64,000 nucleotides of DNA from the human T2T-CHM13v2.0 reference genome, Homo sapiens: assembly GCF_009914755.1 (NCBI RefSeq), contig NC_060930.1; one strand, 5' to 3'. The number at the start of each line of letters is the position of its first letter. The stretch's first letter is position 1. The translations under genes and the position numbers were made by a program. Shown piece by piece: positions 29,621 through 41,010 of the stretch. The notes under the pieces are model-generated. The model had not been told where the DNA came from, made no database searches, and saw only the letters and a program-made list of their open reading frames with translations.

Positions 29621-30513
29621 ACAGGTGGAATGGCACTGCTCTCTGCCTGGGCTACTGGGACTGAGACAGACGGCCGCACCCTTAGCCCCCTTGCAGAGAG
29701 CAGCAACATCACCGGGACAATCTTCTCCCAGGCTGTGTCCGTGCTGTTTGTCCTCATGCTCAGCTTTTCTGATTTCTGGAACATTCCTTCATCTGAGCCC
29801 CTTTGTTAAGGGCTGCTGGAGGTCGGCGTGTGGCCGGGTGCACTAAGCTGTGATTCTACCAATTCTGGGCTGAGGACTCGTCCTGCAAGCCCCAGGCAGA
29901 GCTGCCTTGTCCATGAAACACCTGCTGCTCCTGACAAGTGCCCACCATTTGTGGGTGGCCTCATTTCCCCAGGGGCCCGGCCACTTTGGATGCAGACCTT
30001 CATTCTCACAGCTTCTGACCCCACCATCAGACTGCTGCATCCAGTCAAGCAAACATGGAGTACGGTCACCACCTGCCTGCCCCACGCAGATGCCGGCCAG
30101 CCACCCGCGCCAACCGCTCCTCCTGGAAGTGGAGCAGGAGGATGAGGGAGCCAAGCCTGGGCTCCAACTCACTGGGTGCAAATGGGATATTTGCTGCCTT
30201 AGAGAAAATCTTGCATGTGGAACCAATTGTATAGTGTTATAAAGTAGTGAGACCTGGATTTAAAAAATGACGCATGAACTTTTACATTCCATACACTTCA
30301 GTGGGCTGTTCCTCACCTGCACTCTGCTAGCCAGAAGCAGTGATGAGAGTCAGCTTCCTCATGTCTTAACGCCTTTTAAAACTCCAGGTAGGGGCAATTC
30401 GAAAGATTAGATGCTTTGTTATCGAAATTGTCTTCCCAAACCTGGAAAGTGAAACCCAGTGAGCATTGAGCAAATAGACCCTGGAAGCTGCACACCTGCT
30501 CAGGAAAGCGGAG

Positions 30514-30515
<2 letters not shown>

Positions 30516-30590
<75 letters not shown>
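30516..30590. repeat. (GA)n microsatellite (~36 units)
   Basis: Directly visible. Confidence 0.99.
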
Positions 30591-30594
<4 letters not shown>

Positions 30595-33557
30595 CGCTTC
30601 TGTGGAGCAGCCAACCCAGTTTTCTTATGGAGTCCCAGAGGATACACAGCCCCTCCCACGGCCATGCAGCCAGCCGGTGGGGAAGCAACAACCAGAACCC
30701 GGCTTTCTTGAGATCCGACCGGAGGCCCCCAGGAGAACACCCAGCCAGTTGCTTCGTGCTGACCAGGCTGTGTTCCCGCTGTGGTCAGAGCAGCTCCACC
30801 CAGCACAGCTTTCCGCTTCCCTTTGCAGGGACAGAGCACCTGAGTTGCAGGTGCTTAAGCGAGCAGCCGACTACTTGTTCTTGTAAGAACAGGCGTGGAT
30901 GCATTTCCACATGGCTGTCCTCCCCACGTCTCTGTGGACTTACAATGCACGGCTATCATGTTTACTTTCAGCTCGTGGGGCACGTTCCACACCGTCATCA
31001 TACTCGGTTATTTCCATTTGATTATGGAATGTTGTACTAGAGCAATGTTGTACTAAAGTTTTTAAGTGAAGTACTGAGCGGGCAATTCTCCAATAGAAGG
31101 AAAATATCCACACTAAGAAGAGAGAGAAAATCTACAGGGACATTGAAGTGGTTGAGACCTCAAAATGGTTTTAACTTTCTTAAAAGCCCATCTGAGACAA
31201 GAAAACATTTCTAAGCACTTAAGATGTAATGAGCAGGGCGTTTGTAATTTGTTACACTTATTTTCTAAGTTTAACAAAGTGACTAAATATTGTCTGTGTC
31301 TTTCTAATTTCCATAAAATAACTGTTATGAAATGGAAATATGTTCTTTTAAAAAAACATCTGAATGTTCGATCCATTTCCCTCACTAATGTGGGGTTGAC
31401 AGCCGAGTGGCTGGGCGAGGTGTGCCCTGCAAACTAAGGTGGATGGAGACATTCAGAACAACATTTAGGAATTTTGCCAGAATTTGACAATCGGTTGAAT
31501 GTGGTACATTTAAAATAGGCTTCTATTTTGTAGTATTTTAATTTTTGTTACCTTTGATTTTTCTCATATTTTATTTTTATTGTATTTTACGGAAGTATTG
31601 CTGTGTCGGATTCTATGTTTACATCGATAGAGTGTAAAGTTATACATCTTAATGTATGTTAATGTATGTAGGCGCCTCTAGAGTTCCTCCGAGATGCAGC
31701 CGCAGAGACCTCATCAGTCCATGCCCTTAACTCCGTCCGCCTTCTCTGAACTCCTTGGGAATGCATCGGTCGTGAGATCAGCCTGGGCTCTGCTGAGAGA
31801 GGCCCACAGTATCGGGCCTCTCAGTGAATCTTCCACCACGATTCGATGGGACCCAGGGTTTTTCAACACCGCAACACAGAAGGCTACCTGGCTGGAGGGG
31901 TGAGTGGGCCCTTGGGCAGGTCTTTTAAACTATGTAGACCTCAGTTTCCTCATTTGAAAAATAAAGGAATGGGATTTAAAATGTTTCCCTCTCAGCTCTA
32001 AAACATCTATGATTCAAGTAAGATTCTGAGCAAGGTATTATTATCAGAGGGAAGTTGAGTTTCTTACCAACCTTGTGCTGAGCGGGAAGGACCTCCGTGT
32101 CCAGCGCCCCGTAGGTCCGACGCCTGTGCGTGGCTGATCGCTTCACGCCCCCATCCTTTGGTTCTTGTAGCAAATAAAGGGGCTTGAACTAGAAATCTGC
32201 TGCAATTACTTCTGAGTCTTGGGAGGTTTTGAAATTTTTAATGAGAAAAATGTGAGCAGAAGAGAAATGAAATCCCTCTCCCTGTGAGCTTGGCGTCCCC
32301 TGCCTCGCTGCTGGCCAGCGCTGCCCTGGTGACAGAACCCCGAGCTGGCGGCCGGCCGCTGGCGTCAGGTTGCAGTGAGTCGCAGCCTACGTGAATGTTT
32401 GGGTTTGACATGAAAGGGCCTCGGGTATGGGGCATTGCCAACTCCTGATTGTGCCCACGGGGAGGACCCCATAGTCGTCGCCAAGAAGTGGTGGTCGCCA
32501 CTCTTCCCAGGGGCGAGGAAAAATGAATGGCCCAGTGCAGGCCCACACGCAGGGATGGCACAGCCGGCTTGTGAGGGGCAGAGGCTGGAGCAATGGGGAG
32601 GGGCTGTTTCGAGGAATGGAGATAATGAGCGTCTTCGGAAACCCTTCTGTTTAATTCACTCTTGATTGATTGTTAAGAAAAAGAGAAAAGATTCCATTGC
32701 CTACAGCGAAGAGTCAATCTCACGGATACATCGGAGCCCCCGGTTAATCCGCTTCATCTTTCATCTGTGCTGCAGTCGTGGATTTTAATGAGTTGCAGGC
32801 GACCCATTCAGACGTAATGGTGTGGAGGTCAACGTGGGTCAAGTTTAAGAAGGGGGGGCTCAGGGGTAGAAGGAAGAAACGGGGACGCTTGTCATGATCA
32901 CAGCCGGGAGGAGAAATGGATCCGCTGGGCTTGGAGAAAGAGGGAAGGAGAGACAGAGAGTGGGAGACAGAGGGGAGAGAGGGCACTATCTGCCCCACCT
33001 TGTCTGGATGGCGCCACCCAGGGCGGAGAGAGGTCGCACTTCTTTAACACTGAGACGGCCAGGATTTTGAGGGACAGCTCTGAACCGGCTGATTTGTAGG
33101 GAACTAGAATTGTTATTCTTGTGTTTTTTGCTACCACCAAGGAGTTCTCCACAGAGGCCCATCTCTCAGGTGGGTTCTACGAGGCTTCACACTCCCGCAC
33201 TGCAGTTTTGTGGCTCCATGGCTGCTATGGGACCGTCATGCTGGGGAGGCTGCAGAAGGGGGTGCGGGGCCCTCTTTAGATGGAAGAGGGAAGAGCCAGC
33301 CTCATCCCCCTCAAGGACAAAGGCCTGCCTGCTGCATCCCCCTCCCGCTTCTGGGGGGTCTTTGTGAGGAAAAACTTACAGTGTGGTCTTGTGTGATTTT
33401 TACTTTATGTTAGGGCAAATGTATTCAAATTACGGCTCTAAAGGACGTGAGGGTTATTCCAGTCTGAGTTTTAGCTTTTAGCTTTGATTTCCTAAATACA
33501 GAGGTAATAAAATATTTTCTATTTCTTTGTATTACAGATTTGCTTTTTCACATTTAG

Positions 33558-33688
33558 ATCTTTGAATCACAGATAACACAGATAATCACAGTAATGGAAG
33601 AAATCAAAGTAACTAAACACCACTCTGGAAAGGACAGAGACAACAGACCGAGTAGCTCAACTGCTACCGTGAGCATGTGTGTATACAG
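33558..33688 (+). other. Candidate 131-nt internal exon
   Basis: tttttcacatttag acceptor and a consensus CAG|GTAAGT donor; no recognisable product. Confidence 0.3.
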
Positions 33689-33950
33689 GTAAGTTGCTAT
33701 GTACACACGTGTCTATGTCCTAACATGAGCATACAGTATACAGGCTAGTCGTCATGTACACACAGTGCATGTCCTAACGTGAGCATGTGTGTATATAGGC
33801 GAGTTGCTATGTACCCATGTGATGTATGTACTAATACGAGCATGCATGTATACAGGCGAGTCACTAGGTACACACATGCATACGTATACTAACGTGAGCA
33901 TGTGTGTATACAGGGACAGTTGCTATGTACACACATGCACATATGTACCT
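33668..33950. repeat. Diverged ~56-bp tandem repeat (5 units)
   Basis: gagcat recurs at 33671, 33727, 33781, 33838, 33896. Confidence 0.85.
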
Positions 33951-34169
33951 GTGCATAACCAAAGTCTGCAAATAATGGGATATTGTTAATATTTAAAATG
34001 ATCCTTGAAAACCCTTTAAATTCATTTAAGGCTCAGTGGCTCTTCAATGAGCAGGGGTAGAGGATGGAGGGCCAGCAGCACAGCCATGGTCCCGAGAGTC
34101 ACTCCTGAACTAGCCAGTGTGGGGGCCAGCCCTTCTGCTCATGCAGCCAGTGGTCAGCTACAGGCACAG

Positions 34170-34845
34170 TCAACAGTGGTGACAGCATGTTAGGAGGTGC
34201 TGGCGTGTATCAGGGGCAGCTCTGTGAACAATGGTGATGGAGCATGTTAGGAGGTGCTGGGGTGGACCAGGGGCAGCTCTGTGAACAGTGGTGACGGAGT
34301 GTGTTAGGAGGTGCTGGGGTGGGCCGGGGCAGCTCTGTGAACAATGGTGATGGAGCGTGTTAGGAGGTGCTGGGGTGTATCGGGCAGCTCTGTGAACAGT
34401 GGTGATGGAGCGTGTCAGGAGGTGCTGGGGTGTACCAGGGGCAGCTCTGTGAACAATGGTGATGGAGCGTGTTAGGAGGTGCTGGGGTGTATTGGGGCAG
34501 CTCTGTGAACAGTGGTGACGGAGCGTGTTAGGAGGTGCTGGGGTGTATCGGGGCAGCTCTGTGAACAGTGGTGACAGCATGTTAGGAGGTGCTGGGGTGT
34601 ATCGGGCAGCTCTGTGAACAATGGTGACGGAGCGTGTTAGGAGGTGCTGGGGTGTACCAGGGGCAGCTCTGTGAACAATGGTGATGGAGCGTGTTAGGAG
34701 GTGCTGGGGTGTATTGGGGCAGCTCTGTGAACAGTGGTGACGGAGCGTGTTAGGAGGTGCTGGGGTGGGCCAGGGGCAGCTCTGTGAACAGTGGTGACGG
34801 AGCGTGTTAGGAGGTGCTGGGGTGGCCTGGGGAAGGCTCTGTGCT
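34170..34845. repeat. 56/57-bp minisatellite (~12 units)
   Basis: Unit gcagctctgtgaacagtggtgacggagcgtgttaggaggtgctggggtgtatcgggg. Confidence 0.97.
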
Positions 34846-37289
34846 GTCGACACTGGATCTTCCATCTGGGCAGGGCTCATTGTCTCTTGAAGAAAGTGAC
34901 AGCTACAGAGGCTTCAAGGAAGCAGGAGTGGGCCGTGCAGATTGTATGAAAGCGCCCCGGCCATTAACACCTTTCACCGAAGCCCGACGGTGCAGTGCCA
35001 CAAACCTCACTTCCTCTGAGCAACCCCAGGAGTCACATCGCCTGGGCTTGGATTCCCGGCATCACACCTCCGAATGTCCTGGAATCACCTGTTCTGTCTG
35101 TGGTATTCAGGACCCTTCCCTGATGATTAAAGATGAACTCCCCTAGAAGAACACACATCTACTGTGCCTGTTAGACCTCCGTAGAAACCTGCAGCCTTTA
35201 GAGCTGTGTGATGTGTTCACACACGTGTGGTTGTGAGGGACATCTCTCTTCACACGTGTGGATTGTACCATGGTCCGTGTTGGAATTCTCACAGGGAACA
35301 AACGAACCGTCAATTACCGAGGAAAGGTTTGCTGCGTGGGTAACTCGCCTCTGTGCAGGAAGAACCCAGAAGCCCTGCTCCTGCTGAGGTTGTAACTGGA
35401 CCTGTAGCTCCCCCGTGGTGCGGTGTGTGTGCGACAGTGTGGGGCGGTAAAGGCTACATGCGTGTGCTCGCGGAACTCGGGACACAAGCTCCATGAGGCT
35501 CGCCGTGGATGGGAGCACGGGGCCAGGGCCCAGAGGAAAAATGGGGAGTTAGACAAGGATGGGGTGAATCCTGCAGATGCCAGGAGCTGGTCCTTTAGTG
35601 AGACTCTGAGGAAAGCTAAATAGGGCAGAAGCCTAGAAGAGACTCTGCAGGCGTGCCTGGGAGAGGACAGTCATAGACTCTAAGTAACCAGAAGGGGATG
35701 CAGAGTTGAGGGAGTTGTGATTGTTGAAGTACCTCAGAGTACATTGAAAGGCAATTTTCATGACATGGTGTGCACTCAATACGGGATGGTTTTAAAGAGG
35801 GGAGAACCGTCTGTCAGGGGAGCTAAACGTCTGCTTTTTATAAGGAATCTGGCCGTGAGATGTTGGCCTGGGAACGACAGTGCAAGAGGACAGAGGGAGG
35901 CCTGGCGGGTGGAGGGCGCTGCCATCTTGGAGATAGAGGGCAGGTGTGATGAGCACAGCATGAGGCCTGTGGGCTCGAGTCGGGGCCTGAGACGGGGCCT
36001 CCTAGACACGGCATCACTGAGCGAGGGGAGTGGCTGGACAGGACAGTGACGAATTTCCTCTCAATGGTTCCGCAGCCTTTGCCTCGCCTCACCAGCGCCA
36101 GCCAATAACTGCTCCTCAAGGGGCAGACAGGCTTTGCCACGCTGAACAAGCAGAAACTTCCCCTCCGAGATGCCCAGAAGTTTTCACCTGCCCAGGGTGT
36201 TGCCTGGGGATAATGAGTTCACAAAATGCTCTCTTTACAAAAAGCACTGGGCTTGCCTGGAGGGGACAGCTACAGACTGACCCCTGTGGCTGGATAGCCC
36301 CTTAAGTGTGAAATAAGTAACTTAAGATAAGATTCTCCATAGTAATGAAATAATCTACCAACTTTTCTTTCTGAGAAAATATACCTAACTGGGTGGGAAC
36401 TCGACATCATGCCTTAACTGGAATTTTTTCCCCGTACATCCAAATGTATTCTTGAGAGCTTAGGAACTAAGTCATCTCCAAAGGGACTGACACGGAGCAA
36501 ACCATGGTGATGATCGCTGCATTCGTTATCTCTGAACGTCTCCACGCACCTCATTCTGCTCAGCCTCTTGCTGGACGTGGAGGGGCTTGGCTTTGCTCTC
36601 CAGCACTGCGGGGGTCGTGGGCACTGGGAAGTCTCTGCCAGGCAGCCTGTGGACGTGCAGCTGGCAGAGTCAATTGGATCCGTGAGCTCACAGGAGACCG
36701 GCCCCTCCAGGTACATGCCATCTGAAAACAACCTTTTAAGGGCAGGCGGTGGCTGAGTCATTGGTACTCAGCCAAGGAGAATGTGTCCCCACAGCTGTGG
36801 CACAGCCTCGCTCTGGGCTCACTCTGTGATATGATGCTGGCTGTGTTCTGTGGAAAGCAACGGTCCCATAAACCATAACTGCTAAGGGCTCTGCCACAGG
36901 CCAGCATAAGACATGGGCTGAATGTGCAGTCTGAGAGTGGAGGGAGCAGATGGTGAACTGGGAGGAGCCCTGTCAGGCCGCACAGTGAGCGAAGCACTGC
37001 TGAGCTGTGAGTGCCCGACGTAGTAAACCGTAAGGCAAAGCCACCTTGGACTAAAGGAAATGTCCACACCCAGCTTGGGGTGGAGTTGCAAACCTCTCCA
37101 CTAAGCTGCAAACTCAGCTGTGTGACAAATAAAACTGACACAGCACTTAGACAGTGTTTCTCTTTCAGGAAGGATTTTATTTCCAGTACAATTGAGAAGG
37201 AACACTGTATCTCTCAATGGTGAAACTCTCCAGGTGTTGTCCCGAGTAATGTTTCGGGGACAGAAAAGATGAGAGGGTACAGAGCTACC

Positions 37290-38005
37290 CGGGTCAGAAC
37301 TGTCCCCTCAGGTCAGAGCTGCTCCCCCAGGTCAGAATGGCCCCCCCAGGTCAAAGCTGCCCCTGAGGACAGAACGGCCCCCCCAGGTCAGAACTGCCCC
37401 CGACCCAGGTCAGAACTCCCCAGGTCAGAGCTGCCTCCCCAGGTCAGAACTGCCCCCCGAGGTCAGAAAGGCCCCCCGAGGTGAGAACTGCCTCTCCAGG
37501 TCAGAAGTGCCCCCCACCCAAGTCAGAATTCCCCAAGTCAGAGCTGTCCCCCCACCCAGGTAACTGTCCCCCCAGGTCAGAACTGCCTCTTCGGGTCAGA
37601 ACTGCCCCCCCACCCAGGTCAGAGCTGCCCCCGCCCCAGGTTAGAACTCCCCAGGTCAGAGCTTCCTCCCCAGGTCAAAACTGTACCCCCCACTGGTCAG
37701 AACTGCCCCCCGAGGTCAGAAAGGCCCCCCCCAGGTCAGAACTGCCCCCCCTAGGTCAGAACTGCCCCCCACCCAAGTCAGAACTCCCCAAGTCAGAGCT
37801 GTCCCCCCACCCAGTTAACTCTCCCCCCAGGTCAGAACTGCCCCACCATGTCAGAACTGTCCCCCGACCCAGGTCAGAGCTACCCCTCCCCCAGGTCAGA
37901 ACAGGCCCCCCCAGGTCAGAACGGCCCCCCACCCAGGTCAGAACTCCCCAGGTCAAAGCTGTCCCCCCACCCAGGTGAGAACTGCCTCCCCAGGTCAGAA
38001 TTGCC
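37290..38005. repeat. C-rich degenerate ~15-22-bp repeat (ccaggtcagaactgcccc) with a ~254-bp higher-order duplication
   Basis: About 23 AGGTCA copies; the block starting at ~37441 recurs at ~37695. Confidence 0.93.
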
Positions 38006-38279
38006 CCCACTCCACCTCCAGGACATGGCCCAGCCACTTGTGGATAAGCATCATGGGGACGGAAGAGAGGATGGAAAGTGAGAAGACGGGTGGGAAAGTC
38101 AGACAGGCCAGCCTCAGGCCCCTCCCATGGCTTCGAGAACTTGGACCCTGCAGGTTCCCTACCAGGGCTGCTGTGCCTACTGGACACGTTTTGCTTGGCC
38201 AGGCCTGCGTGGAGTGGGGACTCCCTGCCCATCCTGCAGCAGGAACGCAGTCATAATTCATCCTGCAGTTACAATTTAG

Positions 38280-38573
<294 letters not shown>

Positions 38574-41010
38574 AGCAAGTACTATTTTTCTTAAGCTACT
38601 GCATGAAAGTTAAGACAAAGATTAAAATGAAAAATATGCATCTTCTTTAAAACATGCATTTTAATGAACTATAATAAAGAAACAAATGTCTATTGGAGAT
38701 TTTTTTAAGACGGCAATTGTTGCAAAATCTGACAAAGTTCCAAAAACAGTTTCAGAAATCCCTGAGCTGATCAGCGCAGTTTTAATTGTTCAAACTACAT
38801 CTAAATATAGTAAATTGTACCATGATAGCTTACCAATGTCACTTTCAATATTTATAAGCATGAAGTTCAATTTATAATAAATGGAAAATTTAAGAAATAT
38901 TCTAAATTACTGCTGCATGTCAGTGTCTGTGAATTATTAACAGTTGGGGTAAACTGTGGCATTGAAACATTTTTTGGTAACCCACATATCCAGGAGTTAG
39001 AGATATATTTAGCTACGATGTAAACTTCTGGAGCAAATGCAAAAGACATTCATGCTGAATCCAATACTTGAAATTAAGTTTAACAGAAGGCTCCATCCCA
39101 GAATAGGTTCCATATCCAGAGCTGCAAATCGGCCTGAGCACCAGCATTCTGGAAGCTAAGCCAGGTGTGTCGCATCGTGCTCTGCAGAGTGGTCCTATAA
39201 AGATCTCCAGAAGTGGCCTCCGTGAGCGGACGTGCTGGAAATACTTCCTTGTTCGTGAGCTTACTGGAAGCAAGGTAGCCCAGGGCTTGGGAGAGTGCGC
39301 TCCAGGGTGGGGTGGTTGCTGTGAGACCAGATGATGTCACGGAGACGCTCGGGATGTTTTTGCCCTTCCACACTCTTCACGGCCTCCCGTTTTTGCTCCT
39401 TCCATTCATAACAGCCACAGAGATCATCTCGATTGTATCTAAATTGCTACACACTACGTGGCTATCCAGTCCATCTCAGTTTTGTGCAGGTCTGTTGGGT
39501 CTCCGCTCCTCAGTGCAGTGTCCCCGAAGCCCCTTCCTTATCAACTGAAATTCTAGAGCCATCGCTAGTTGAACCTTACTGGTTTCTGCCTTGGCAGAGC
39601 TGGGTGACCTTAGGCAAGACAATTAATCATCGTATGCTTCAGTTTCTGCAATATTACCTATGTCATAGGTTTATTGTTTTGTCAAAGATTTAAATGAATA
39701 CATTAAGGATGTATAAAGAAATTAGGATAGTGTCTAGCATTCAAAAGTGCTGGCTGTTGTCAAAGTTACTCTTTTCATTTTTAATATAAAAATGGCGTGC
39801 GTGTTATAGGAGACAGATGTGGGGGAGTGCAGGTGAGCAGGGAGCTGTTGTCTTGGGAATTCGTTTCTCATCTCTGCAGTCTTTGAGGAAGAGAAGCTGA
39901 GACGTGGAGCCTGGATTTTCCTCTGTGGTCTGCAAACATTCAGCACTTCTCTAAGCTCCCATAGCTGTTGTATTTGCTATTAAATGACCTAAAATTTGCT
40001 GGTAGTTTGTTTTGACTGTTTCCTCGTTTGGGGGCTCATTTTTGCATTTCCAAGGGTATATATGAGCTTCCTTCCTCCCTGAGAGCAAACACTTATTCTT
40101 CCGTGAAACATCCACTGTTCATCGCAGCGGTGGGCATGCAGAGCGCAGCTCAGTCTCATTGAGGGGGTTGTTCCAACTGAGTTCAGTGACCACTGAGGGC
40201 TTAGCAAGATCTTAGGAACTAGACTCAAGGTCAAAGGGCTTCCCAGCTATCCAGGAGCTCCTTTAGAGAAGAACCTAAAATATTTGTATGCCATTAGTGT
40301 TTCCCTAGCTTAGTTTTTGGCTGATTGTCCTGAATAGTCTATAATTGAGCCTGACAATTACTATTGCACCCTAATGTATACACAGCCGTTTATTCATTTA
40401 TATCTTTGACGATTTCTTAATGGAAGCCATGAACTAAGCTGGGCACTGTGCTCAGAATTAGCATAAAGAAGGCAGAGTCGAAGAACCTCACATTGTAATG
40501 AAAAAATTTGATATAAACATGTAATTAAAATAAGATTACTGCACTATATTAGAAAATATATGCAGTTAATGTTGCAAACAGAGAGGCAAGCAATGTAATC
40601 CAAGTTTCAAGAACATTTTAACTGAATAATCCTTGGTAGGGAGGCCATTCTAAGCTGAGCCGCAGAACCTTCAGAAGGCAAGGTGTGTCCGATGGCTGAT
40701 GAAGGGTCTGTTGTAGCTTAAACCTGGAGCTCACAGAGGAAAGGGGGCACAAGATGACAGAGATGGGTGGATTCCATGTAGACTTATGAGCTACGGAGGA
40801 GTTCAGGCTCCAGCCTACAGACTTGACCAGATTTGAGTGTTTATAAAGAAAATCCTGGAGACAAGTAGAATGTGCTTTTGGGAACGGAGAGCTGAAATCT
40901 GAAACATCAGGTATGCCAGTCTTTGAATGGTCTGTGTGTGAGACCATGATATCCCGTGATGTGACACAGGGGTCAGGGTTGCAAGGTGTGTGAGAAGCAG
41001 AAGTCATTAC

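Noticed and set aside
37481-37978. 165-aa proline-rich extensin-like ORF
   Set aside because: Product of the C-rich repeat; the frame shifts between units.
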